The notes beneath the pieces are model-generated. The model did no database searches and was not told the origin of the DNA. It worked only from the letters and a program-made list of their open reading frames with translations. The position numbers were made by a program, and so were the translations under genes. 64,000 bases of DNA from a virus: IMG/VR virus record IMGVR_UViG_3300007609_001486, positions 1 to 64,000 of that record. One strand, 5' to 3'. Positions 1 through 11,300 of this stretch are shown piece after piece (position 1 is the first letter of the stretch; each line of letters begins with the position of its first letter).

Positions 1-1
1 A

Positions 2-1114
2 ACATTAGAAAATCCTGAATACACTGTTAAGGGAAACGATCCTTTATTTAATGCAGGAGTAGCACCAGAATACAATCCAATTCAAACAATAGATCCAAAT
101 TTAGATCTCACAATCGTGGATTTCGATACAGGAAATCCCATAGAAATTTCAGAACAAGAAAAAAAGCAGAATGCAAATAAGATAGTCAAAGAATTAACTA
201 AACAGGGAATCACTGACAAAAGAGAACAGGCAAATCTTTTAGCTGTCGTAGAAACCAAAAGTAAATTAAGTCCCCGTGCTGTAAAAAATTACAGTAATGC
301 ATCTGTGCAGGATATTCGCAGTGAATTTGGGTCAAGGATTGACGATATATCAGATACAGAGTTAACAAATCTAAAAGACAACCCTTCAGATTTCTATGAC
401 GAGGTGCTGAAAGATGTAGGTGGTAGCGAATATCAGGGAAGGGGATTTGTTCAACTTACGGGTCGAGATAATTATGTAGAAGTGGGCAATAGATTAAACA
501 TGGATCTTGCTAATAATCCTGAACTTGCATTTGATACAGACACTTCTGCAAAAATAGCCGCCGATTTTTACAAAGACCAAAACTCAAAAACCAATCTCAA
601 AAGCATAAGAAATTTGTTTAGTTCTATGTTTAGTTTTGATCCATTTACAACTACCGACCAATCCCTGCAATCTGGCGGCAAATCTATGCTGGAAAAAATA
701 CAGGCTTTAAGCGATTCCTGGTTAAGCCGATTAGAAAGTGCAGATCCTGTTCAGTTGTCCAACACCACTACTGAGATTGTGCAAGATAGAGATGGAGGCC
801 TCAGAGGAACTAGTGATAAGCCATTGCCAACAGGAAGAAGTTTACCTAGCCCTAATAATAATTTAGACATTGACGACAGTCTTTTAAACGAAATAGATTC
901 ACTGTCAGATAGTCCGTATAATGAACTTCTTGCACAAGAATATCTGGGCGAAGACGATCAAGGTAATATTATAGATATAAACACAGGTGAAATTTTTGGG
1001 GAGAAGCCTCTTGACAGCGAAATAGTCTATGACACAGAGGGTAATGTGTCTTTAAATAGATCAGGTTGGCGATTTGTTAATAACGGAAGCGGAGCAATAG
1101 AAGAAAATGTATAG
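2..1114 (+). CDS. Tail/baseplate-associated protein with GH19 (chitinase/lysozyme-like) domain; 5'-truncated by the window edge
   Basis: The frame is open from position 2, so GTG 116 is not the true start. Contains the GH19 signature YQGRGFVQLTGRDNY followed by LNMDLANNPEL. Lies directly upstream of the gp5-like gene. Confidence 0.75.
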   Translation, partial: TLENPEYTVKGNDPLFNAGVAPEYNPIQTIDPNLDLTIVDFDTGNPIEISEQEKKQNANKIVKELTKQGITDKREQANLLAVVETKSKLSPRAVKNYSNASVQDIRSEFGSRIDDISDTELTNLKDNPSDFYDEVLKDVGGSEYQGRGFVQLTGRDNYVEVGNRLNMDLANNPELAFDTDTSAKIAADFYKDQNSKTNLKSIRNLFSSMFSFDPFTTTDQSLQSGGKSMLEKIQALSDSWLSRLESADPVQLSNTTTEIVQDRDGGLRGTSDKPLPTGRSLPSPNNNLDIDDSLLNEIDSLSDSPYNELLAQEYLGEDDQGNIIDINTGEIFGEKPLDSEIVYDTEGNVSLNRSGWRFVNNGSGAIEENV

Positions 1115-3869
1115 CTATTCACGTACCACAGTTAAAGATGCTCCGATTAGAGGATCAGGACCATACGAGGCAATGATAGTAAATCATTTAGATCCTTACA
1201 TGCAAGGCAGCTTAGAAGTAGAACTTCTACGAAGAAATAGTGCAGCGAATTCGCCGCAACGCAGTGGGCAATTGGTTGTAGTAAAATACCTGTCTCCTTT
1301 TTATGGAGCTACTCCAGCTTCGGGTCTCAAAGAAAACGACGGATATGAAAACACCCAAAAGAGTTACGGGTTTTGGGCGGTGCCGCCAGATTTTGGCACA
1401 CGTGTGTTAGTAATCTTTGCAGAGGGCAATCCTGCTTACGGTTATTGGATAGGTTGTATACAAGACAGTAACATGAATTTCATGGTTCCTGATGGGAGGG
1501 CAAGCACAGCTGCCACTACTGATGCCACACCCGGCGAACTCCAAGGTAAAAAACTTCCAGTTGGTGAGTACAATAAAAAGTTAGAAACTGGCGGCAAAAT
1601 AGATCCTAATTTCTTTGACAAGCCCTACAATAAAGATTTCACCGGCGTATTGCAAACACAAGGGCTTCTGGATGATGAAGCTCGCGGAACAACCACGACC
1701 AGTTCAAGGAGAGAAGTTCCTAGCATGGTATTTGGGATAAGCACGCCCGGACCGTTGGATAAGCGCAGAGGCTCTCCCAAAGCAAAATACGGAACTACAG
1801 AAGATAGCGTAGAAATTCCATATAATAGATTGGGCGGATCCAGTTTTGTAATGGACGACGGTGATGAAAAATTCATCCGTGCAACTCATGCAGAAGATGG
1901 TCCTCCTATATACATTAATAGAACTAGAAATGAAGGCGGCGGCGACGAGACAATTCCTCAAAATGAACTCACACGAATCCGCACACGCACCGGACATCAA
2001 ATACTGTTACACAATTCAGAAGACTTAATTTATATAGCAAACTCCAGAGGCACTGCCTGGATAGAACTTACTTCTGACGGAAAGATTGATATTCATGCCC
2101 AAGACAGCATCAGCGTAATGAGTGATAATGATATAAACTTCACCGCCGAGCGTGATTTCAACGTTGACGCTGGCAGAAATGTTAACATCAAAGCCAGTGC
2201 TCGTTGGAGTGATTTTAAAAGCGTGGAAGAAGATCTTGAAAGCGGTAGAGTACAGATAGAAAGTGCATATAACACAAATCTACATGTGGGCAGAGATTAC
2301 AAGATAACAGTAAAACGAGATAAGCACCTATATATCGAAGATGAATATAAAACCAACGTAGGAGCAAGTATTAACACTAGCAGCGGCAGCGACATAATGA
2401 TGAAAAGTGCAGGAAGCATACATACAAGTGCTGGCGGAAGTGTTTTTACAACCAGCGACGGTAGCACACATAATATAACTGCTGGAGATATGTACACTAA
2501 AGTCGAAGGAAAAATACATAACCGTGCAGGAGAAACAATACAGACAAATGCAGGAACAGATATTCATACTATAGCAGGTGATAATATTTACGTCAAAACC
2601 TTGACAGGTGAAATTCACAGCATTGCAGAAACAAATGCTTACACAAGAACAAAAACTGGGGACATGCATCACATAGCCGAAGGGGGTATTTTTACAGAAG
2701 CAATTACACTGGGAATTCATAATACCGCTGCAGTTGATATTAGGAATGCCGCAGGCAACACCATTGATCTACAAGCTGGCACTTTGATAGCAGGCGACGC
2801 AGCGCAGATACATTGGAATAGCAACAAGTCTGACACAGCTATAATTGCACAAGAGGCCTCGGATGCAGAAGCAGCCAAATATGCAGTGCAAGCAGAAGAC
2901 CCAAAAAGTGATGCAGAACCTGTGAAACCTTTGCCTACTATTACACTGCCGTATGTGATGCCAGGTGTTGATCAGCCTATTCCTTATCCTAGTATTTTAG
3001 CAAGGGCGCCTCAGCACGAGCCATGGCCCCATCATGAAAATCTCAATCCCCTATCTTTCAAGCGTGACCAAACGGATAGGGAAGCAACTGGAGCATTAGT
3101 TACAGCCGATAGATTTGCTACTCCAGATACTTTTTTAAAGAATAAAACTATTGGCGAGTCTACTATACGAGTTATGGGCACCGGCGGCAATCTTAGCTCG
3201 CAAAACGTACCAGAAGACGGCGACGGAACGGGCTCCGACTATAGAAATAGTGACAGCTTTGATGATTCAGCCGGAATTGGCGAAGGACAAATTGATCCTA
3301 GGCTAAAAAATGAATCAGAAGTTACCGGATCGACGGATTTCGGTGAAGAAGGAACAGACAAATCAAACCTCAAATACGAAAACAAAAATGCGACTAGAAA
3401 TCTAGCACTTGAACCTGCTCTTGAAAACCTGTTAATTAAAGTAGCCACAGAGTTAGACGTCACAGCACACATAACAAGTGGGGGTCAAATGCCGTATGAC
3501 GAGTGTATTGCACGTGGTGGATATAAAGCGCAAAATTCCAAAAAATGGTACGTGGGCGGCAAAGCAGTGCGTACAGGATCAACAAGACACGACGGTGGAG
3601 CCGCCTGCGATCTTTACATTACCCGAGATGATGTGCAAATTCCAAGTAACAATCCTATATTCAACAAATTTGTAGAACTGTTTATGAAGTACGGCGGCAG
3701 AGCAGGAGGATCAAGTCCCGCTTATATGGGCCCATATGTAATGCATCTTGATATTGTAGGCTCAGACCGAGGGGGCGGCATTGTTTGGTTAAGCACAAGA
3801 GATTTTGAAAGGTCATTGCGCAAAGGACTTGCCCAGCAAACTGCGCCCATAAAGAGTGCATTTGTGTAG
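1107..3869 (+). CDS. gp5/VgrG-like baseplate hub/central spike with C-terminal M15-type Zn peptidase domain
   Basis: N-terminal OB-fold-like segment (DPYMQGSLEV...PPDFGTRVLVIF...YWIG), RTRTGHQILL motif, short Gly-containing beta-helix repeats (about 2100-2820), and C-terminal H-x6-D (HDGGAACD) plus MHLD. Precedes the gp25/gp6 homologues. Confidence 0.8.
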   Translation: MYSYSRTTVKDAPIRGSGPYEAMIVNHLDPYMQGSLEVELLRRNSAANSPQRSGQLVVVKYLSPFYGATPASGLKENDGYENTQKSYGFWAVPPDFGTRVLVIFAEGNPAYGYWIGCIQDSNMNFMVPDGRASTAATTDATPGELQGKKLPVGEYNKKLETGGKIDPNFFDKPYNKDFTGVLQTQGLLDDEARGTTTTSSRREVPSMVFGISTPGPLDKRRGSPKAKYGTTEDSVEIPYNRLGGSSFVMDDGDEKFIRATHAEDGPPIYINRTRNEGGGDETIPQNELTRIRTRTGHQILLHNSEDLIYIANSRGTAWIELTSDGKIDIHAQDSISVMSDNDINFTAERDFNVDAGRNVNIKASARWSDFKSVEEDLESGRVQIESAYNTNLHVGRDYKITVKRDKHLYIEDEYKTNVGASINTSSGSDIMMKSAGSIHTSAGGSVFTTSDGSTHNITAGDMYTKVEGKIHNRAGETIQTNAGTDIHTIAGDNIYVKTLTGEIHSIAETNAYTRTKTGDMHHIAEGGIFTEAITLGIHNTAAVDIRNAAGNTIDLQAGTLIAGDAAQIHWNSNKSDTAIIAQEASDAEAAKYAVQAEDPKSDAEPVKPLPTITLPYVMPGVDQPIPYPSILARAPQHEPWPHHENLNPLSFKRDQTDREATGALVTADRFATPDTFLKNKTIGESTIRVMGTGGNLSSQNVPEDGDGTGSDYRNSDSFDDSAGIGEGQIDPRLKNESEVTGSTDFGEEGTDKSNLKYENKNATRNLALEPALENLLIKVATELDVTAHITSGGQMPYDECIARGGYKAQNSKKWYVGGKAVRTGSTRHDGGAACDLYITRDDVQIPSNNPIFNKFVELFMKYGGRAGGSSPAYMGPYVMHLDIVGSDRGGGIVWLSTRDFERSLRKGLAQQTAPIKSAFV

Positions 3870-3870
3870 G

Positions 3871-3876
3871 TAAATA
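3871..3876 (+). promoter_or_regulatory. T4-late-type promoter box TAAATA, 5 nt before ATG 3882
   Basis: TAAATA-atgtt-ATG in a 12-bp intergenic gap with no SD sequence. Confidence 0.55.
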
Positions 3877-3881
3877 ATGTT

Positions 3882-4319
3882 ATGAGTTCGCTAGAAAAAA
3901 ATCTATATAAAAGAATAATAGTTCCTGGCAAGCCAGAGAAACCAAAACCTAGCACATCATATAGAGGATTTTCTACTATAAACGATGCGGCTGATAAATT
4001 TGCTCTGTATGATTTCGAATTGATAAAGCAAAATATCATAAATCATTTTCATATTCGCAAAGGAGAAAAATTAAGCGACCCAGAATTCGGTACTATAATA
4101 TGGGACATGTTATACGAGCCGTTCACGGACGCAGTAAGAGATGCTGTCTTGGATAATGTCACAGAAATCTGTAATTATGATCCTAGGGCACAAGTTGACC
4201 AAATTCTTGTGGATAGCTACGAAAATGGCATAGAAGTTGTGTGTTTCTTATCATATCTCCCCTTTAATATATCTGAACAATTGCAATTCAGATTTGATCA
4301 AGCCGCCGCATTAGATTAA
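3882..4319 (+). CDS. Baseplate wedge subunit, gp25-like
   Basis: 145 aa with the gp25 family motif RKGEK..DPEFGT.IWD.LYEP...YDPR; located between the gp5-like and gp6-like genes. Confidence 0.9.
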   Translation: MSSLEKNLYKRIIVPGKPEKPKPSTSYRGFSTINDAADKFALYDFELIKQNIINHFHIRKGEKLSDPEFGTIIWDMLYEPFTDAVRDAVLDNVTEICNYDPRAQVDQILVDSYENGIEVVCFLSYLPFNISEQLQFRFDQAAALD

Positions 4320-4340
4320 ATGCTAGTTTAATTTTTGCTG

Positions 4341-4347
4341 ATAAATA
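4341..4347 (+). promoter_or_regulatory. T4-late-type promoter box ATAAATA
   Basis: Intergenic, followed by AAGGA SD and ATG 4372. Confidence 0.6.
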
Positions 4348-4371
4348 TCTTATATTAAAAGGATTATCTCT

Positions 4372-7300
4372 ATGTCTTCTACTGATAGACAATCACGGTT
4401 ACTAGTAACCGAAGATTGGAAGAAAATATATCAAAGTTTCAGAAATGCGGACTTTCAAAGCTACGATTTTGACAATCTCCGCAGAACAATGATAAACTAT
4501 CTTAGACAGAACTATCCTGAAGACTTTAACGATTACATAGAAAGCTCTGAATATCTTGCACTGATTGATCTAATAGCATTCCTAGGACAAAATCTTTCAT
4601 TCAGGGTTGATCTAAATGCCAGAGAAAATTTCCTCGAAACCGCAGAGCGTAGAGAAAGCGTTTTAAGATTAGCCAAACTTATATCTTATAATCCTAGCAG
4701 AAACAAACCCGCAAATGGATTATTGAAGTTCGATACGGTAACGACCACAGAATCTGTCAAAGACAGCACTGGTTTGGATCTGGCAGGAACCACAGTAACG
4801 TGGAACGACAGAGCAAATCCTAATTACTTTGAGCAGTTTATCAAAATAATAAATGCGGCCCTGCCACAAGGGGGCGGAGTAGGCAGCCCGATCAAAACAG
4901 CAGATATACAAGGCATAAGCACAGAACAATACAGATTTAATGCCCTTAACACTGACATACCCTCATATGGTTTTAACAAACCAGTAGAAGGCCTTACCAC
5001 TAGATTTGAAGTTGTAAGCACTACTCTAAACGGAAACACAATTTTGGAAGAACCTCCTTTACCTGGAAACAGTCCTAGTTTTCTATACAGAGACGATGGT
5101 CAGGGTGCAGGAAGTTCTAATACTGGATTCTTCATGCATTTCAGACAAGGCACTCTAGAAAGTTCAAATTTCAACGTGCAAAATCCAATTCCTAATCAAG
5201 TTGTTAGCATAGATGACGAAAACATTAATAATTCTGATATTTGGGTGTATGGCACTGATTCCAATGGATTTGAAACTACTTTATGGACAAAATTAGATTC
5301 AGTAGAAGGAAACAATATTATCTACAACAGTATCTTCAAAGATACAAAAAATGTCTATTCGGTATCCACTAGGACTAACGATAGGATTAATTTGGTATTT
5401 TCTGATGGTGTTTTTGGTAATTTGCCGTCCGGCGGTTTCCGCATTTATTATAGAACCAGTGATAACAGGAACATGATAATCAGCCCAAGTGCTGTAACAA
5501 ACGTAAACATTGAAATACCATATATTAGCAGAGCAAACAGACAAGAAATACTCACAATAGGCCTCAGCCTCAAAACTACTGTTAACAATTCTCGACCAAG
5601 CGAATCTAATGCTGATATCAAAGCGGATGCCCCGTCAACCTATTATACGCAAAACAGATTGATAACAGCCGAAGACTATAACATAGGACCGCTAGGTATC
5701 GATCAAGATATCATTAAGACCAAGACAGTAAATAGAATCAGCAGCGGAATCAGCAAATATTTGGATCTAAGAGACCCTACTGGAAAATATTCAACAACAA
5801 AATTATATGCCAGCGACGGAGTAATCTATAAACAGGAATATACAGACAAATTTAATTTTGATTTTGTCACCCAGGCAGATATAGAAGGAGTTGTATATAC
5901 ACAACTTGAGCCTTTGATAAACAGCGAAGAAATTAAATCCTTTTATCAACAGAATTTTTCAAGACAAGATGTTACAGAGCTTAATGCTGTTTGGAGACAG
6001 ACCACAAATTCCACAAATAGAAGCACAGGATATTTACAAGAAATTCTAAACAGTAATCAGTTGTTAACCTCTGCCGCAGGAGTGCCGATTTCAAATGCTC
6101 AATTTTATCCTGTTGGATCGTTTGCCACAAACAATTTACAGTTTTTTGAAGTAGGTGCTCTTGTAAAGTTCAAAGCACCTCAAACTACCTCCACCGACGG
6201 CGCAATTGTTCAGCAGTATTTTTTAGAAAACAACACGCTCACAGTTGATTCCAACGCTTCCGGATCAAGTTTATACAAATGGGCAGTTGTGCAAGGAGTG
6301 AACGGTGACGGAACATTAATAGATGAAGACGGATTTGGAGCAATTACTTTCAATGATGTAATACCAGAGGGTTCTAAGGTCACTGAGATATTGCCCAGGT
6401 ATGTTAGAAATGTAGGAGCAGATACCAAAAGACAAATCATTGACAGAGCGTTTGCTTACAGAGACTTCGGCTTAAGATACAGTCAGACAGAACGGCAATG
6501 GAAAATTATCACCGCTGAAGACATTAACACTTTTAGTGGATTTTCTCTACAGACTGAAGGAAACACCATAGGTGAAAATCTTGACACAAGTTGGTTGTTC
6601 TATTTTCAGACTGATGGGTCTAAGTACACTGTTACATATAGGGCTCTTAGGTATGTTTTTGAAAGCGCAGACGAAATAAAGTTTTATTTTGATAATGCTG
6701 ACAAGATTTTTGACCCCAAAACAGGCAAAACACAAAAAGACAGTATCACGGTGCTGGGCATAAATCCAAGATCTAACTCACCTCAACCTTTTAATAAAGA
6801 TTTTGTATGGAGCATATCAAATGCATATAAAGATGCAGGAGGTTACAACGACACGCGAAAAATACAGTTGGCATTGTTTGACAGCGACGATGACGGCATC
6901 GCAGACAATCCTGATATTTTTTCCGATATAGTGAATGAACGTGCAAAAATAGAAAATAGATTCATCTTCCAGGAAAAATATTCAAATTCCGACGGAGTAG
7001 AAGATTTTAGATATGTGCCTAATCCAGGAATTAAAGTCTTACAAAATGAAAGCACTCCAATACAGCCCAGCGCAGAATCAGATGGGCAAGTTTTCTATTT
7101 TGTAGATTTTGATCTCTTCAAGGTTTTAGATAAAACACAAAATAACATGACAGTTAGCACCAATTACCGTGCATTTGTAGGTAGAGATAGATTGAAGTTT
7201 GAATATGTTCATGTTGCTGATCAAAATTATAGAATAGACCCTGCACGCAGCAACATACTTGATACTTTTTTGCTCACAAGGGGCTATGATAATGAAATGC

Positions 7301-8355
7301 GCAGTTATTTGCGCGGAGAAATTAATAATAAACCATTGCCGCCCAGCACCGACGAATTGTTTAGATCTTACGGTAGTGAAATTAACAAAATCAAAAGTAT
7401 AAGCGACGAGGTTGTATATCATCCAGTTAAGTATAAAATACTTTTTGGAAGCAAAGCAGACAGCGATTTGCAAGTTACCTTTAAAATTGTCAAGAACAGT
7501 GAGGTAGCCGTTAACAATAATGAACTAAAGGCAAATGTAATAGATCTAATCAATAGATATTTTTCTATAGAAAACTGGGATTTTGGTGAAACATTTTATT
7601 TTCAAGAGTTAGCAACCTATGTAATGAATAATCTGAGTCCAGATCTAGTCAGCTTCATCATAGTGCCGAAAAGAGCAGATCAAGGATTTGGAAGCTTATT
7701 CGAAATTAAATCTGAAACTGACGAAATATTTGCCAATGGTGCCACAGTGAATGACATCGAGATTATAAATCAACATACTGCTAGCAATCTGCAGAGTAAT
7801 GGCAAAGTTATCACCAGTATTTCATCTAATGCCACAGGAATACAAACACGCTCTCCTAGTGATCCAACAACCTTGCCTAGCACTACAGCAGGATCAGTGC
7901 TAGAAACCGGCAACACAGCGGGTACACTGAATCCTCCTTCACCACTGGAAGAACTAGATCTGTCTGAAAACGCAGATCCGTTTGAAGACGCAATCGGAAA
8001 TACTGCTCCAATAGATCCGACATATAATTTAAGAGTCATTCAAGTCAATAACACCAGCATTGCGGAGGACAATACAGGACCATTTGTTATACAAGAAGGT
8101 GATTCGTTTGTGATACAGCTGACAACCACTGATATATCCAACGGACAGACTATACCATACAATATATCTGGTTTAGATACATTTGATCTCAATGAGGCAC
8201 CGCTCACTGGACAATTTGTGATACAAAATAACACAGCTATAGCAGGATTCCAGTTGAGTGACACAATTGCATCTGATCGTCCTACAGTTTTCAAATTGAC
8301 TTTGAATGATCAACAAGTTTCCATAGAATTACCCATAGCAGGTTTACAGGCATAA
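4372..8355 (+). CDS. Baseplate wedge subunit, gp6-like, with C-terminal extension
   Basis: gp6-type N-terminus (DFDNLRRTMINYL...DFNDY..S...LID...ENFLETAERRESVLRLAKLISYNP) and the TQNRLITAEDY motif. 1327 aa. Confidence 0.85.
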   Translation: MSSTDRQSRLLVTEDWKKIYQSFRNADFQSYDFDNLRRTMINYLRQNYPEDFNDYIESSEYLALIDLIAFLGQNLSFRVDLNARENFLETAERRESVLRLAKLISYNPSRNKPANGLLKFDTVTTTESVKDSTGLDLAGTTVTWNDRANPNYFEQFIKIINAALPQGGGVGSPIKTADIQGISTEQYRFNALNTDIPSYGFNKPVEGLTTRFEVVSTTLNGNTILEEPPLPGNSPSFLYRDDGQGAGSSNTGFFMHFRQGTLESSNFNVQNPIPNQVVSIDDENINNSDIWVYGTDSNGFETTLWTKLDSVEGNNIIYNSIFKDTKNVYSVSTRTNDRINLVFSDGVFGNLPSGGFRIYYRTSDNRNMIISPSAVTNVNIEIPYISRANRQEILTIGLSLKTTVNNSRPSESNADIKADAPSTYYTQNRLITAEDYNIGPLGIDQDIIKTKTVNRISSGISKYLDLRDPTGKYSTTKLYASDGVIYKQEYTDKFNFDFVTQADIEGVVYTQLEPLINSEEIKSFYQQNFSRQDVTELNAVWRQTTNSTNRSTGYLQEILNSNQLLTSAAGVPISNAQFYPVGSFATNNLQFFEVGALVKFKAPQTTSTDGAIVQQYFLENNTLTVDSNASGSSLYKWAVVQGVNGDGTLIDEDGFGAITFNDVIPEGSKVTEILPRYVRNVGADTKRQIIDRAFAYRDFGLRYSQTERQWKIITAEDINTFSGFSLQTEGNTIGENLDTSWLFYFQTDGSKYTVTYRALRYVFESADEIKFYFDNADKIFDPKTGKTQKDSITVLGINPRSNSPQPFNKDFVWSISNAYKDAGGYNDTRKIQLALFDSDDDGIADNPDIFSDIVNERAKIENRFIFQEKYSNSDGVEDFRYVPNPGIKVLQNESTPIQPSAESDGQVFYFVDFDLFKVLDKTQNNMTVSTNYRAFVGRDRLKFEYVHVADQNYRIDPARSNILDTFLLTRGYDNEMRSYLRGEINNKPLPPSTDELFRSYGSEINKIKSISDEVVYHPVKYKILFGSKADSDLQVTFKIVKNSEVAVNNNELKANVIDLINRYFSIENWDFGETFYFQELATYVMNNLSPDLVSFIIVPKRADQGFGSLFEIKSETDEIFANGATVNDIEIINQHTASNLQSNGKVITSISSNATGIQTRSPSDPTTLPSTTAGSVLETGNTAGTLNPPSPLEELDLSENADPFEDAIGNTAPIDPTYNLRVIQVNNTSIAEDNTGPFVIQEGDSFVIQLTTTDISNGQTIPYNISGLDTFDLNEAPLTGQFVIQNNTAIAGFQLSDTIASDRPTVFKLTLNDQQVSIELPIAGLQA

Positions 8356-8367
8356 GGATAATAATTA

Positions 8368-11300
8368 ATGTCATCTAATGAACAAAATGAATTTGGATCA
8401 CCAACTCCAGGAGACAACAATCGTCAGAGTGCTCGTTTTCTCCCTAGATTCTTTAGATCAGAAGCCAATCTAAAATTTCTACAAGCAACAGTTGATCAGT
8501 TGACCCAGCCGGGTGTGGCAGAAAAACTGAGCGGATTCTTTGGTAGGACTATAGCGAAAGGATTTAAGTCTGAGGATAATTATATCGGTGATGTCAACAA
8601 AGACAGATTGGATTATCAGTTCGAACCTGCACTGGTTATCAAAGACGTATTTGACAATGTAACGTTCTACAAAGATTACAATGATTATATCAACACATTG
8701 AAGTTTTTTAATGTAAACACCGCTAATCATGACAAAATTAATCAACAAGAAAGTTATCCGTGGAATCCTAACATAGACTGGGACAAATTTGTAAATTTCA
8801 GAGAGTATTATTGGTTACCAGACGGTCCACTCAGCGTTCCGGTTCAAGGACAGGCTAGAGATGTCACTAGTACATTTACGGTAACCGTAGAGGAAGCTGA
8901 TGGAGATTTTGCATTTGTTTTTAACGGCAAAAATACAAGAAATCCAAGCCTTAGATTATTCAGAGGACAAAAATATAGATTTGAAATAGACACACCAGGG
9001 CATCCTTTTGCCGTTGCAGTAACAAGAAGTTTCACACCGGGCAACGCCGTAATTGTTGCCACACGAGAAGGTATTCGCCAAGACGGGTTATTTGATAGTC
9101 AACTGTATGGGGAAACCTACGACATTGGAGATTGGTTGGTTTTGCCACAGAGCGGTAGTGTTACATTTGAAGACGACGAAAATGTAAGCACTTTGTATCC
9201 TGATGGAATCCGCTACATTTCTGAAGCCGGCAACGAAATTGCTAATGTCTATATTGAAAAAGGAATACTGGAATTTACAGTGCCTTTTAATTCTCCTGAT
9301 CGTCTTTATTATATTTCACAAAACAGCATAGATACCAGCGGTTTATTCAAAATATACGATATCGAAGAAAACAGCTTTCTTGATGTAGAAGAAGACATTA
9401 TAGGAAAAAAATATTACACAAGCTCTAACGGAGTTGAATTTACTAATGGTTTAAAAGTGTCCTTCAGGGGAAATACACAACCAGAAGAATACAGCTCGGG
9501 CGAATACTATGTAGAAGGTGTCGGTAATTCAATTAAGTTGATCCCCAAAGAAAATTTAACAATAACCACATCATTTAACAATGATGTCCTACAACCGTTT
9601 GACGAGCAAGCGTTTGACGAGCTACCTTTTGGGTCAGCAAAGTCTTATCCGATCAAAAAAGATTATCTCACAGTCAGTCGAGAAAGTGCAGATCTTAATG
9701 CATGGAGTCGCAGTAATAGATGGTTTCATAGAACAGTCATAGAGGATAGTTTTAGATATAATGAAATTCCTATTGACTTGAAAGACAGCCAAAAAGCCAA
9801 AAGACCGATAATTGAATTCGAGCCCGGTTTAAAGTTATATAATTACGGAACATTTGCAAAACAATTTGTAGACGTAGTCGATACATTTACCAAAGATGTT
9901 TTTTCTACCATAGAAGGCTCTGTTGGTTACAACATTGACGGTGTTGATCTAATAGAAGGCATGAGAGTTTTGTTTACTGCTGATACGGACGTCTTGGTAA
10001 ATGGAGCAATATATGAAGTGAAATATGTAAACATTGACAACGCAAACAGAATCACCCTTATACCAACACTAGATACACTGCCACAACTTTTTGAAAATGT
10101 CTTAGTTCAGCAAGGTAAAACCTATGCTGGTAAAATATTCTTTTATAATGGATCTACATGGAAACTTGCACAAGACAAAACAGATGTTAATCAGGCACCT
10201 TTGTTTGACTTATGTTGTCCCCAAGGTGAGTTTTATGGCGATACTGAAATTTTTAATTCCACTTCATTCAAAGGTTGCAAGGTATTTTCTTACAAGCAGG
10301 GATCTGGAGCGGTTGACCCGGAGTTAGGATTTCCACTGAGTTATAGAAATATCAATAATACCGGGGATATAGTATTCGACTTTAATTTACTTACAGACAG
10401 TTTTAATCTGCAGATTAATGAAGAATTAGTTACAGTAAAAACCGATACAGCATTCTTAAGAAAATACTCTGACAGAACAAATTTCGTTTATCAGAATGGT
10501 TGGAGCAGTGTACCTGTTATCAGCAAACAAAAGGTTCTAAGACAATACACTGTAAGTCCTAGCCAAAGATCTGTTTTTGAAATAGATGTATATGAAAATG
10601 CAGCAATACTAGAAGATCTAGAAGTAAGCGTTTTTGTGAATAATGAAATTAGAACTGACTACAGCATTGATGTTTCCGGCGATCGTGTTGTGGTTCGTTT
10701 TACAAATTTGTTAGAGCTTGATGACGTAGTCTTATTGAAGACGCATTCATCTGCAGCTAAGAACAACACCGGACTTTATGAAATACCTAGCAATCTTGAA
10801 AAAAATCCTCTAAATGAAGACATTGTTGATTTTACTCTTGGTGAAGTGATAGATCATGTAGGCAGTATGATAGAAGATATTCCTGATTTTGCAGGAACAT
10901 TTCCTGGAAATAGCAATATTAGAGACCTGGGTAACTTGGATATATACGGAAAACGCTTCCTTAAACATTCCGGTCCTTGGAACCTGCCTGCATTTAGCAT
11001 CACCAGCAAAGAATTTAACATTGTAAGAGCAATCGAATACGGCAAAACAGAATACAGCAAGTTTAAAAGAAATTTTATTAAGATTGCAACTGATCTAGGA
11101 TTCACTGGAGAAACCAAACAGCACGTTGATAAAATATTAACAGAACTTAATTTAGAAAAAGTAAGCACACAACCATTTTATTTCTCTGACATGGTAGGCT
11201 ATAAAAGCGGCAACTCCATTCAATACGAAGTAATAGACGAAGAGAATCCATTTTATAATCTCACAGAGTTGTTTGCATTAGATAATCTCAACAATCAAGC

